The notes below the pieces were generated by a model. It worked only from the letters and a program-made list of their open reading frames with translations. It was not told the DNA's origin and ran no database searches. The translations under genes and the position numbers were made by a program. Source: Chrysiogenales bacterium (GTDB lineage Bacteria > Acidobacteriota > Aminicenantia > UBA2199). From it: 64,000 nucleotides of DNA. The stretch is taken from positions 176,733 to 240,732 of the forward strand of contig CAVOXU010000014.1 of the NCBI GenBank assembly GCA_963700535.1, given 5' to 3'. Shown in pieces: positions 30,143 through 39,220 of this stretch (its first letter is position 1; each line of letters starts with the position of its first letter).

Positions 30143-31067
30143 TCAGTTTCCGTCCCAGCCGCTCAGGCGGGCCAGCAGCCACCAGAAAGCCCGGCCTTTG
30201 AGCACACAGTTCAAATTTTGCGAATGGGCGCAGTCAGTGCAGGCGGAAGCCAGGCGGGCCAACTCGCTGGTCGGGTTGGCCGCGATCCAGTCTGCTGCCC
30301 AGTTGCGGTCCCTTTGACCGTTACCGTCGCTGTCGTAGTCGCAGTTGTCGTCGGCCATTAACGACATGTAATTGGTCGTGCCGCCGGGGGCGTAGCTTTC
30401 TATATCGGCGAAATCGTAAAGAAATTTATTGTTGGCGCGGCAGTAGGCCCGAATCTGCTCGTTGCGCCGGTGCAGATTGCCGTTGTTGCCGCTGCCGTCC
30501 AGATGGCCGGTCATGTAGACGAACTTGACCTTGGGGTAGTCCTTTTCCAGTCCGGCCATGGCGTCAAGATACCTGCTGATTCCGCTTTCATTGTTATCGC
30601 TCACTCCGCCGCACCAGGACCAGACGACCACATTGCGGTCGTTGTTGGAGCGGGAGAGCATTTCGATCGTGGCCGACCTCCAGCCCAGGTCGCCTTCGTG
30701 GCCCAGATCATCGGCGCCGCCGGCATTGCCCCAATAATCGTTAAGAAATAATCCCGGCTGCAACCCCCAATCCGAATAGCTGAAATAAAAAGCCGATCCG
30801 CTTTCACCCCGGAAGGCCATCATGCCGCTGACCAATTGGCTGCCGTGCGAGGTGTGGCCATAACCGATGCGCAGGCTGGATCGGGCTTGCTGGATCCAGG
30901 AAGCCGGGATTTTTGCGGTATCGGTGCAGAGGTGGTCGATGATGGTTGATGCGGCCGGGGCGGGGCGGGTCATTGTCGTCCGGCGGCTGGTTTTCCTGGA
31001 TTTCCTGTTTGCAGGAAAAAAAGAAACCCAAGGCTAATAGAAAAAAGATCACACTGACTTTTTTCAT
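30143..31067 (-). CDS. Lipoprotein of unknown function; apparent frameshift near 30960-30975
   Basis: ORF 30804..31085 gives the lipobox N-terminus MKKVSVIFFLLALGFFFSC. The frame changes in a C-rich run to ORF 30143..30973, which contains GYGHTSHGSQ, VVVWSWCGG and FVYMTGHLDG. Confidence 0.5.
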
Positions 31068-31214
31068 TCCTGCCTCCTGTGCCAAAATCTGCTTTTCATT
31101 ATAATATATTCCGATTATACTGAATATCTCACCTGCGCTTCCGGCGGCACTGCACTTGCAGTAAAACCGCTACGGCTATTTACTAAGGGTGGGAGTTCAA
31201 TTATAATTGTATCA

Positions 31215-31775
31215 ATGAGAATTTTTACCGGCGTGAAACTGGATGATGGGGTAAGGGAACACATCATCAAGGAACTTAAGCCTTTCAAAAAAACGGGCAC
31301 TACCATCCGCTGGACCGATGGCGGCAACATCCACCTGACCTTGAAATTCATCGGAGCCGCGGACGAGGCGATGACGGCGCGGGTCGCCGCGGCCCTGACG
31401 ACGGCCAAGATCGCTGTTGCCCCTTTCCGTTTGCGGTTCAGCGGTTTCGGCAAATTCCCGGCCGGCGCCGACCTGCATGTTTTCTGGGCTGGCGTGGAAG
31501 AGAGCCAGAGCCTGCTCGCCCTGTTCACCGCCATTGAAGAGGCTCTCCTGCCTTTGGGCATCGAGCGGGAAACGCGGCCATTCCATCCGCATCTGACCCT
31601 GGGACGCAACCGGGCCAGGTACAATTTCAAGACGTTTTTTGTCCGGCTGGCCGAAAAACGCAATCACTTTCTGGCCGAGATGCAGGTTGCCGCTTTCCAG
31701 CTTTTTGCCAGTCGCCTGACCCCGGCCGGCCCTGAATACACCATTTTAAAGGAGATAACACTTGTCCAGTCATGA
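31215..31775 (+). CDS. thpR: RNA 2',3'-cyclic phosphodiesterase (2H family, LigT/ThpR)
   Basis: It has two HxT motifs, HLTLKF and HLTLGR. Confidence 0.85.
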   Translation: MRIFTGVKLDDGVREHIIKELKPFKKTGTTIRWTDGGNIHLTLKFIGAADEAMTARVAAALTTAKIAVAPFRLRFSGFGKFPAGADLHVFWAGVEESQSLLALFTAIEEALLPLGIERETRPFHPHLTLGRNRARYNFKTFFVRLAEKRNHFLAEMQVAAFQLFASRLTPAGPEYTILKEITLVQS

Positions 31776-32362
31776 AATTTTATTTTATCGTCTGTTCCTA
31801 CCTGTTGGGTTCCGTTCCCTTCGGCTACCTGATTTTCTATTTAAGCGAAGGCAAGGATATCCGCGGCCTGGGCAGCGGCAATATCGGCGCCACCAACGTG
31901 CTGCGCAGCAAAGGCAAATTGGCCGGCCTGGCGACTTTGCTGCTGGATGTTCTTAAAGGTGCCCTGCCGATCGTTTATGGCCGTATCCATTTCGACTTGC
32001 CCTGGATCGTTCTTTTGGGCGGATTGGCCGTGCTTCTGGGCCATGTCTTTCCGGTTTTTCTGAAATTCCGCGGCGGCAAAGGCGTAGGTTCGCTGGTCGG
32101 TGTTTTCCTGGTCTTTTATTATCCGGCCCTGCTGGTATTTTTGCTTGTTTTTTTTCTCACTTTACGGCTGTCCCGATATGTGTCGCTGGGCTCACTGCTG
32201 GGTGCAAGCGCGCTTTTCTTTTGCATCCTGTTCACCCAGGTAGTGGAAGCGTCGATAGTGGTGTTTCTCATGTTGCTGCTGATCGTGTTCCGGCATCGCG
32301 CCAACATCCAGCGCTTGCTGGCAGGCAATGAAAACAAATTCAGTTTTCATAAAAATGGATAA
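31772..32362 (+). CDS. plsY: Glycerol-3-phosphate acyltransferase PlsY
   Basis: Motifs are LLGSVPFGYL and GSGNIGATNVLR. The start overlaps the thpR stop (ATGA). Confidence 0.95.
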   Translation: MKFYFIVCSYLLGSVPFGYLIFYLSEGKDIRGLGSGNIGATNVLRSKGKLAGLATLLLDVLKGALPIVYGRIHFDLPWIVLLGGLAVLLGHVFPVFLKFRGGKGVGSLVGVFLVFYYPALLVFLLVFFLTLRLSRYVSLGSLLGASALFFCILFTQVVEASIVVFLMLLLIVFRHRANIQRLLAGNENKFSFHKNG

Positions 32363-33365
32363 AATACTGGTTGTCGGCGGCGGCTCCTGGGGAACGGCTT
32401 TCGCCGACTACCTGGCGCGACAGGAGAAAAAAGTCAGGATCTGGGTCAGGGAAAAAGAGGTTATCGCCGCCATTAATTCTAGCCGGGAAAACACGGTCTT
32501 CCTGCCCGGGATCGAACTGGCGGAGAATTTGCAGGCCTGCGCTGACCTGAAACGCGAAGCGGTTCGCGCCGATGTCCTGATCCTGGCCGTGCCTTCAAAA
32601 TTCATCCGCACTGTGATGCAAAGCCTGAAATCCGTCCTGCGCGCCGAACATGTCCTGGTCAATCTTTCCAAGGGCTTTGAATCAGATTCGCTGAAGACCA
32701 TTTCCCAGGTGGCGGCTGAAATTTTCGCTCCCGGCATCTCCCGGCAGTGGCTCACCCTTTCCGGACCTTCTTTCGCCCGCGAACTGGCCAAGCAGCACCC
32801 CACCGCCGTTGTGGCCGCTTCGGACAACGAAGGGCTGCTGGAACGATTGCAAAACCATTTTTCATCGTCGATCCTGCGAATTTATCGCTCCAGCGACCTG
32901 CAAGGCTTGGAAGTCGCCGGGGCGCTGAAAAATGTGATGGCTATTGCCTCGGGCATGGTCAACGGCCTGGGTTTCGGTTTTAATACCACGGCGTCGCTGG
33001 TCACCCGGGCCAATATGGAAATCTCGCGCCTGGGCATCCGCATGGGCGCCAAAGCGGAAACTTTCTGGGGTCTGGGAGGCATCGGGGATCTGATGCTGAC
33101 CTGCTTCGGCAGCCTGTCGCGCAATTTCCAGCTGGGAAGAAAGATCGCCCTGGGTGAATCGCTGGCCATGATTGAAAAATCAACACCCATGGTCGCCGAG
33201 GGCGTCGAGACCACAAAGGCGGTTAATTTGCTGGCCGAAAAACTGACCATCGACATGCCCATCTCCAAAGAAGTGCACCAGGTGCTTTTTGCCGGAAAAG
33301 ACGTACGGCAGGCCGTAAGCGATCTGATGAAAAGGAGTCTGAAGAGCGAATGGAATATAAATTAG
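32355..33365 (+). CDS. gpsA: NAD(P)H-dependent glycerol-3-phosphate dehydrogenase
   Basis: Motifs are MDKILVVGGGSWGTAFA, NLSKG and AEGVETTKAV. The gene overlaps the plsY end. Confidence 0.95.
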   Translation: MDKILVVGGGSWGTAFADYLARQEKKVRIWVREKEVIAAINSSRENTVFLPGIELAENLQACADLKREAVRADVLILAVPSKFIRTVMQSLKSVLRAEHVLVNLSKGFESDSLKTISQVAAEIFAPGISRQWLTLSGPSFARELAKQHPTAVVAASDNEGLLERLQNHFSSSILRIYRSSDLQGLEVAGALKNVMAIASGMVNGLGFGFNTTASLVTRANMEISRLGIRMGAKAETFWGLGGIGDLMLTCFGSLSRNFQLGRKIALGESLAMIEKSTPMVAEGVETTKAVNLLAEKLTIDMPISKEVHQVLFAGKDVRQAVSDLMKRSLKSEWNIN

Positions 33366-33370
33366 AATAC

Positions 33371-34909
33371 ATGGACGATGTTGAGTTGAAGGTCTTTTAC
33401 CTGACCAAAGATCTGGTGGTCATCGGCAAGCTTCCCAAAAACGACATTGAACTGAAAGACAACACGGTGTCGCGCCGGCACTGCCGTTTGCAGCGTTCGG
33501 GCAAAAGTTACAAGCTGGCTGACATGAACAGTACCAACGGCTGTTACGTCAACGGCCGGCGCGTCCAGTCCAAGTCCCTGGAGGTCGGCGACAAGATCAC
33601 TATCGGCCGGACCATCCTCAGTTTTCTGGCGGTCGGCAAGGGGGAGAGCTACCACGACATCAACGACCAGAAGATCTCCCTGATGGTGCCCCTGGATGAA
33701 TTGCTCAAGTCTGAAAAAAAACCGAAGCTGAAAAGCGAGGAGCCGAACTTTCTGGCTTCCTTGACCGCGCTGGGCAAGAGCCTGATCGCTTCGCAGGACA
33801 TCGAGGCGAATTTTCAGAAACTCGGGGATCTGATATTCAAATTCGTCAACCCGGAAAAAATATTTATTTTTTATTATGACGAAAAGCAAAACGACATCCA
33901 TCTCAAGTACACGTATTTCATGCAGGCCCAAAAAGACGATATCGTCAATATTTCCAAGACCATTGCCCTGAAAGCCATCCATGAAAAAGTGGCCATCCTG
34001 TCATCCAACACCCGCAGCGATTCGCGTTTCGACAGCTCCAACAGCGTCATCATGTACGGCATCAATTCGGCCATGTCGGTTCCCATATGGACAAAGGATT
34101 CCATCTATGGCCTGATCTATGTCGATACGACAAGCTTTTCCCAGGTGTTCGCTGAAAAGGAACTTGAGATCATGTCCATCATCGCCAACTTCGCCGGCTT
34201 CTCCATCGAGGGGATCAATAGCCTGGAAAAACTGAACCGCGAACGCCGGCTGCGTTCGCGGCTGGAAAGGTACCACTCACCGGCCGTGGTTTCGCGGCTG
34301 ATGGAGTTCCAGGACAGCAATAGCGGCGAACTCATGCCCTACCGCGAATCGGAAGCTTCGGTCCTGTTCATGGATATCGTCAAGTTCACTTCACGGGCGG
34401 AAAAAATGACCCCCATCGAAGTGGGCATGTTCCTCAACAACTTTTTCAGTGAAATGACCGAGATCATTTTTAAGCACAACGGCACTTTGGACAAGTTCAT
34501 CGGCGACGGCATCATGGCCGTTTTCGGCATTCCCCTGGAATTTGTCAACCATGCCGAAATGGCCATTGTCACCGCCCTGGAAATGATAGAAAAACTGAAC
34601 GTTCTCAACGCCCAGATGGCGACGGACAGCCAGATCCAGGTGCGTATCGGCATCCATTCCGGCAAACTGATCTCCGGTGACTTCGGTTCGCCAAAGAGGC
34701 TTGATTACACCGTTTTGGGCAATACGGTCAATATCGCTTCCCGTCTGGAATCGGCGGTGGCCGGCGCCGATGAGATCGTGGTGTCCGAACATACTTATCA
34801 AGCGACGCGTGGACTTTTCGAGTTTAAACCTTTAGGAGAAAAAAAATTAACGGGCATTTCCAAACCGGTGAAAGTGTACCGGGTGAATTGCCTTAAGGAG
34901 GCAACATGA
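33371..34909 (+). CDS. FHA-GAF-class III adenylate/guanylate cyclase
   Basis: The FHA domain reads VSRRHCRLQ...STNGCYVNG. The GAF region reads SDSRFDSSNSV...GLIYVDT. The cyclase domain reads VLFMDIVKFTS, KFIGDGIMAVFG and VLGNTVNIASRLES. Confidence 0.85.
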   Translation: MDDVELKVFYLTKDLVVIGKLPKNDIELKDNTVSRRHCRLQRSGKSYKLADMNSTNGCYVNGRRVQSKSLEVGDKITIGRTILSFLAVGKGESYHDINDQKISLMVPLDELLKSEKKPKLKSEEPNFLASLTALGKSLIASQDIEANFQKLGDLIFKFVNPEKIFIFYYDEKQNDIHLKYTYFMQAQKDDIVNISKTIALKAIHEKVAILSSNTRSDSRFDSSNSVIMYGINSAMSVPIWTKDSIYGLIYVDTTSFSQVFAEKELEIMSIIANFAGFSIEGINSLEKLNRERRLRSRLERYHSPAVVSRLMEFQDSNSGELMPYRESEASVLFMDIVKFTSRAEKMTPIEVGMFLNNFFSEMTEIIFKHNGTLDKFIGDGIMAVFGIPLEFVNHAEMAIVTALEMIEKLNVLNAQMATDSQIQVRIGIHSGKLISGDFGSPKRLDYTVLGNTVNIASRLESAVAGADEIVVSEHTYQATRGLFEFKPLGEKKLTGISKPVKVYRVNCLKEAT

Positions 34910-35677
34910 AAAAGAATATTTTTTGCCTGCTGATATTGGTCGCGTTCCTGGCCTGCGGCGGGGGCAAGCCGCGCACGGTCCCCGGCCAGATACAGCCCGG
35001 GTCAGCTGAATACCTGACCTCTGAAGGGATAGGGCATCTCAATGAGGGCAGGTTGGATCTTGCCAAAAAATCGCTATTGGAGGCGCTGCAGAAAAAACCG
35101 CGCCTTGAGCCGGCCTTGAACGCCCTGGGGCTGGTGTATGCCTATCAGCGTGATTTTGTCAAAGCCAGCCACCACGCTGAACCGCCTGATCCAGATCAGC
35201 CCGAAGTTCTATGACGCCTATAACCTGCTGGGTACGGTTTATACGGAATTGGGCAATTATCAGCTGGCCAAGGAGAAATTGCTGGTGGCCGCCAACGCCG
35301 AAGAGTATCTGACCCCGGAAAACGCCTTTGCCAATCTGGCGGTGCTGGAGATCAAATTCGAAAAGTATGATTCGGCCCTGAGGTATGTTGAAAAAGGGAT
35401 GTTGCTGAACCGTCGCTTTGCCCCGCTCTACAATCTGAATGGCTTGGCTTTGGAAAATCTTGGCAAACTGGCCGAAGCTTCGGAAAACTATGAAAAAGCG
35501 ATCGCGCTGGTCACTAGCCCCGATCCCGGTTACCTGATCAATAGTGCCCGGGTCTTGTCCAGGCTTGGCGACAAGAAAAAAGCCCTGGACAACCTGGAAT
35601 TGGCGTTGGGCAAGTCCCAGGACCAGGCCCAGAAAGCCGAGATCGTCAAGATGATCAAAACTCTGGAAGGCGGCTGA
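34906..35677 (+). CDS. TPR-repeat lipoprotein; apparent frameshift near 35168
   Basis: The lipobox is MKKNIFCLLILVAFLACG. ORF 34906..35214 joins ORF 35138..35677 at DFVKA / ATTLNRLIQISPKFYDAYNLLG. Confidence 0.7.
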
Positions 35678-35687
35678 GATAACGGCG

Positions 35688-35716
35688 TTGACTTCTACTG
35701 GTTTTGATTTTATAAT
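35688..35716 (+). promoter_or_regulatory. Near-consensus sigma-70 promoter
   Basis: The layout is TTGACT, a 17-nt spacer, then TATAAT, 60 nt upstream of the rubredoxin ATG. Confidence 0.65.
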
Positions 35717-35775
35717 TTATGGCTGTGAGGACGGTGCTTGAGATGTTTTCCGTTTGTTAATCCAAGGAGGTCGAC

Positions 35776-35937
35776 ATGAAAAAATTTGTTTGCAGCGTAT
35801 GCGGATATGTGTACAATCCTGCCGACGGGGACCCTGATTCCGGCATCAAACCCGGCACCGCTTTTGAAGATATTCCCGAGGACTGGGTCTGCCCGGTCTG
35901 CGGCGCCGGCAAAGATGTCTTCGAAGTCATGGAGTGA
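35776..35937 (+). CDS. Rubredoxin (53 aa)
   Basis: This ORF is below the ORF-track cutoff. My translation is [53 protein letters not shown]. It has the two CxxCG motifs and follows an AAGGAGG ribosome-binding site. Confidence 0.95.
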   Translation: MKKFVCSVCGYVYNPADGDPDSGIKPGTAFEDIPEDWVCPVCGAGKDVFEVME

Positions 35938-36019
35938 CCGCGACTCGTTTCGGGTTAAAATACTTGTCTGTCTTTGAAAACCGCGAGAAACGGAATGCTC
36001 GCATGCAATTGGAGGAAAC

Positions 36020-37207
36020 ATGGCGGCAATTGAAATAAAAAAGAATATTACCTGGGTGGGCGCTCTTGACTGGGATCGTCGCCTGTTTGATGAATTGATC
36101 CCCTTGCCCGACGGCACGTCCTACAATGCCTACCTGGTTCGCGGTGCTGATAAAACAGCTTTGATCGACACGGTCGATCCGAGCAAGACCGGGGACCTGC
36201 TCGAAAATTTGCAGGAAGCCGGGGTGACCCGCATCGATTATATTGTCAGCCAGCATGCCGAGCAGGACCACTCCGGCTCCATCGGCGCCATTCTGGAAAT
36301 ATTTCCCCAGGCTGTAGTAGTGACAAACGAAAAGTGCAAGGCTATGCTCATGGACCTGCTAGAGATTCCCGAGAATAAATTCCAAACCGTGGACGACGGC
36401 CAGACTCTGGATCTGGGCGGCAAGACCCTGGAATTCATATTCGCTCCCTGGGTGCACTGGCCCGAGACCATGCTTACCTACCTGCGGGAAGACAAGATCC
36501 TTTTCAGCTGCGATTTCCTGGGTTCGCACCTGGCCCAGAGCCGGCCGTTGCTCACCGACGAGAGCCGCACTTACCAGGCGGCTAAACGCTACTTTGCCGA
36601 GATCATGATGCCTTTCCGCCTGCCGATCCGCAAACACCTGGAACGGTTGAACGGTCTTGCCCTGGACCTTATCGCTCCCAGCCACGGCGTGGTCTATCCG
36701 CGCCCGGCTTTCATTCTCGACGCTTACCGCGACTGGGTCTCCGACAAGACCGAAAACCTGGTGCTGATCCCTTTCGTCTCCATGCACGGCAGCACCAGGG
36801 AAATGGTGGAGCACCTGACCGGGGCTTTGATCCGCCGCAACATCACCGTCATCCCCTGCAATATGATCCACACCGATATCGGCGAACTGGCCAAGGAACT
36901 GGTGGATGCCACTACCGTGGTCATGGCTTCTCCCACGGTCCTGGGCGGAGTTCACCCGGCCATTGCCCAGACGGCATTTTTGGCAAATGCCCTGCGGCCG
37001 AAGCTGAAATTTGCTTCCATTATCGGGTCATACGGCTGGGGTGGACGCCTGGTGGAAAACCTGTTGGCCTCTCTGGGCAACCTGAAGGTGGAGCTTTTGG
37101 AACCGGTACTGGCCAAGGGCTGTCCCGGCGAAAAGGATTACCAGGCCCTGGATAAACTGGCAGCGGAGATCGCCGCCAAGCATCGCGAGATCGGCGTCCT
37201 GTCCTGA
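36020..37207 (+). CDS. Flavodiiron protein (metallo-beta-lactamase-like plus flavodoxin domains; O2/NO reductase)
   Basis: The di-iron ligand motif is SQHAEQDHSG. Other features are WPETMLTY and a C-terminal flavodoxin-like segment LIPFVSMHGSTREM. Confidence 0.9.
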   Translation: MAAIEIKKNITWVGALDWDRRLFDELIPLPDGTSYNAYLVRGADKTALIDTVDPSKTGDLLENLQEAGVTRIDYIVSQHAEQDHSGSIGAILEIFPQAVVVTNEKCKAMLMDLLEIPENKFQTVDDGQTLDLGGKTLEFIFAPWVHWPETMLTYLREDKILFSCDFLGSHLAQSRPLLTDESRTYQAAKRYFAEIMMPFRLPIRKHLERLNGLALDLIAPSHGVVYPRPAFILDAYRDWVSDKTENLVLIPFVSMHGSTREMVEHLTGALIRRNITVIPCNMIHTDIGELAKELVDATTVVMASPTVLGGVHPAIAQTAFLANALRPKLKFASIIGSYGWGGRLVENLLASLGNLKVELLEPVLAKGCPGEKDYQALDKLAAEIAAKHREIGVLS

Positions 37208-37247
37208 ACCGCCGCCGATTTAGTTTCTGCTTCGGCCGCCAGCCTGT

Positions 37248-37275
37248 TTGAATTATTTGCAGTTAACGTTATAAT
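37248..37275 (+). promoter_or_regulatory. Sigma-70 promoter of the lemA operon
   Basis: The layout is TTGAAT, a 16-nt spacer, then TATAAT, 34 nt upstream of the ATG at 37309, which follows a GGGAGG ribosome-binding site. Confidence 0.6.
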
Positions 37276-37308
37276 GACCATGAAATCATGTGAAGGGAGG
37301 AAAACAAC

Positions 37309-37923
37309 ATGTCAAAAAAAATCATAGGACTTGGTTGCCTGGGAATCGTGGTTCTGCTGGTTGTGGTTCTGCTGGCCAGCGTAATCGGCTCTTATAACAG
37401 CCTGGTAGGGCTGGACCAGAAGGTCCTTTCCCAATGGGCGCAGGTGGAAAACGTTTATCAGCGCCGGGCCGACCTGGTGCCCAACCTGGTGGAGACCGTT
37501 AAAGGCGCGGCTGCTTTTGAAAAAGATACTTTCACGGCCGTGACCGAAGCCCGGGCCAAGGTGGGCCAGGTTTCTCTGGGCGGCGGCCAGAGCCCGGCCG
37601 CCAATCCCGAGGCTTTTGCAAAATTCCAGCAGGCCCAGGACGGATTGTCTTCGGCCTTGTCACGCCTGCTGGTAGTGGTGGAAAAATATCCCGAGCTCAA
37701 GGCCACCCAGAATTTCCGCGACCTGCAGGTCCAGCTGGAAGGCACTGAAAACCGCATCACCGTCGAGCGCATGCGCTTCAATGAAGCCGCCCAGGCTTTC
37801 AACACAAAAAGGATGCGCTTTCCCACCGTGATCATTGCTAATTTCTTCGGCGAGCGCTTCCGCGAAAAAGTCTATTTCAAAGCCCAGGCCGGGGCCGAAA
37901 CCGCGCCCAAGGTCCAATTCTAG
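37309..37923 (+). CDS. lemA: LemA family membrane protein
   Basis: It has an N-terminal TM helix and the motif YNSLVGLDQKVLSQWAQVENVYQRRADLVPNLVETVKG. Confidence 0.9.
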   Translation: MSKKIIGLGCLGIVVLLVVVLLASVIGSYNSLVGLDQKVLSQWAQVENVYQRRADLVPNLVETVKGAAAFEKDTFTAVTEARAKVGQVSLGGGQSPAANPEAFAKFQQAQDGLSSALSRLLVVVEKYPELKATQNFRDLQVQLEGTENRITVERMRFNEAAQAFNTKRMRFPTVIIANFFGERFREKVYFKAQAGAETAPKVQF

Positions 37924-37926
37924 GCA

Positions 37927-38667
37927 GTGAAATCGCGGCATTTATTCCGTCTGGCGCTGGTCGTAACTCTGCTCATCCTGGCTTTTGCCCCAGGTGCGGC
38001 AGAAGCCTCCGGCACGCCCATCCCCGCCCCGCCGCAGCGCTGGCTCACCGATGCGGCCGGGCTGCTTGCGCCGCAAGTTGCGGCCCAGCTCGACGCCCGG
38101 CTCCAGGAATATGAGCGAACCAGCGGCCGCCAGATCGTCGTTTATATAGGCAACAGCACCGGCGGCATCCCCATAGAAGACTGGGCCGTGAAAGCCTTCG
38201 AGTCCTGGCGGGTCGGACGCATGGGCTTGGATGACGGCCTGGTCCTGTTCATCATGGCCGAGGATCACCGCGTCCGCATCGAAGTCGGCTACGGGCTGGA
38301 GGGCCAGGTGCCCGATGCCATGGCTTCGCGCATCATCAACGATGACATGGTGCCAAGATTGCAGCAGGGGGACAACCAGGGAGCCGTTACCGCGGCAATC
38401 GACCGCCTGTTTGCCGTGCTTTCCGGGGACGGCGACGCCGCCGGTGGCGGTCAGGCCCAACCCCGGCCGGCGCCCAAATTGACCTTGTTTCAGAAGATCC
38501 TCATTGGCATCGGCATATTGGTTTTTTTGCTGCTGCTGATCACCAATCCATCCCTGGCCATCTATCTGCTGTTTTCCATCCTGTCGGGCGGCCGCGGCGG
38601 CGGGGGCGGCGGTTTTTCCGGGGGCGGCGGGCGATCCGGGGGCGGCGGCGCCTCCGGCTCCTGGTAG
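37927..38667 (+). CDS. TPM-domain (YgcG-like) membrane protein with a Gly-rich C-terminal tail
   Basis: The order is a signal peptide, a TPM core (QIVVYIGNSTGGIPIEDWA...RIEVGYGLEG), a TM helix, and then GGRGGGGGGFSGGGGRSGGGGASGSW. Confidence 0.8.
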   Translation: MKSRHLFRLALVVTLLILAFAPGAAEASGTPIPAPPQRWLTDAAGLLAPQVAAQLDARLQEYERTSGRQIVVYIGNSTGGIPIEDWAVKAFESWRVGRMGLDDGLVLFIMAEDHRVRIEVGYGLEGQVPDAMASRIINDDMVPRLQQGDNQGAVTAAIDRLFAVLSGDGDAAGGGQAQPRPAPKLTLFQKILIGIGILVFLLLLITNPSLAIYLLFSILSGGRGGGGGGFSGGGGRSGGGGASGSW

Positions 38668-38681
38668 CCGGGGAGGAACAT

Positions 38682-39137
38682 ATGGGTTTTATAAGTAAAA
38701 GAAAGCTGCTGGATCTGATCGATGACGACCGAATCAAGGCTGCCATTGCCGCGGCCGAGAGGCAGACTTCGGGCGAGATGCGCGTCTCGGTGTCGCGTTT
38801 CTTCTGGGGTAGCGTTCGCCATGCCGCTGAAAAGGCTTTTCAGCGCATGGCTATGGACGCCACCCGCGACCGCAACGGCATCCTTTTCTTCGTCGTCCCC
38901 TCGCGCCACCGTTTTACAGTCATCGGCGATCAGGGCATCCATCAAAAGGTCGGCCAGGACTTCTGGGAAAAACTGGTTGCCGCCATGTCCGGCGATTTTA
39001 AAATCGGCAAATTCAATGAGGGCTTGATCCGGGGCATTGAAGAATGCGGCCGCCTGCTGGCCGCCCACTTCCCTTATCAGGGCGAGCGCGACGTCAACGA
39101 ACTCCCAGACGATATCGATTTTGGCGGCAAGGGATAA
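38682..39137 (+). CDS. TPM-domain protein (cytoplasmic type)
   Basis: Motifs are ERQTSGEMRVSV, GILFFVVPSRHRFTVIGDQGIH and FNEGLIRGIEECGRLL. Confidence 0.75.
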   Translation: MGFISKRKLLDLIDDDRIKAAIAAAERQTSGEMRVSVSRFFWGSVRHAAEKAFQRMAMDATRDRNGILFFVVPSRHRFTVIGDQGIHQKVGQDFWEKLVAAMSGDFKIGKFNEGLIRGIEECGRLLAAHFPYQGERDVNELPDDIDFGGKG

Positions 39138-39143
39138 GAAGGA

Positions 39144-39178
39144 TTCGGCATACGGTTTACGGCGTACGGCGGACGGTT
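39144..39178. repeat. Five tandem 7-nt units (nACGGnn)
   Basis: The units read ttcggca tacggtt tacggcg tacggcg gacggtt. They lie between convergent genes. Confidence 0.6.
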
Positions 39179-39220
39179 CGCCCCTTCGGCGGAAATAAAC
39201 TATAGCAGGTTAAAGGCCGA

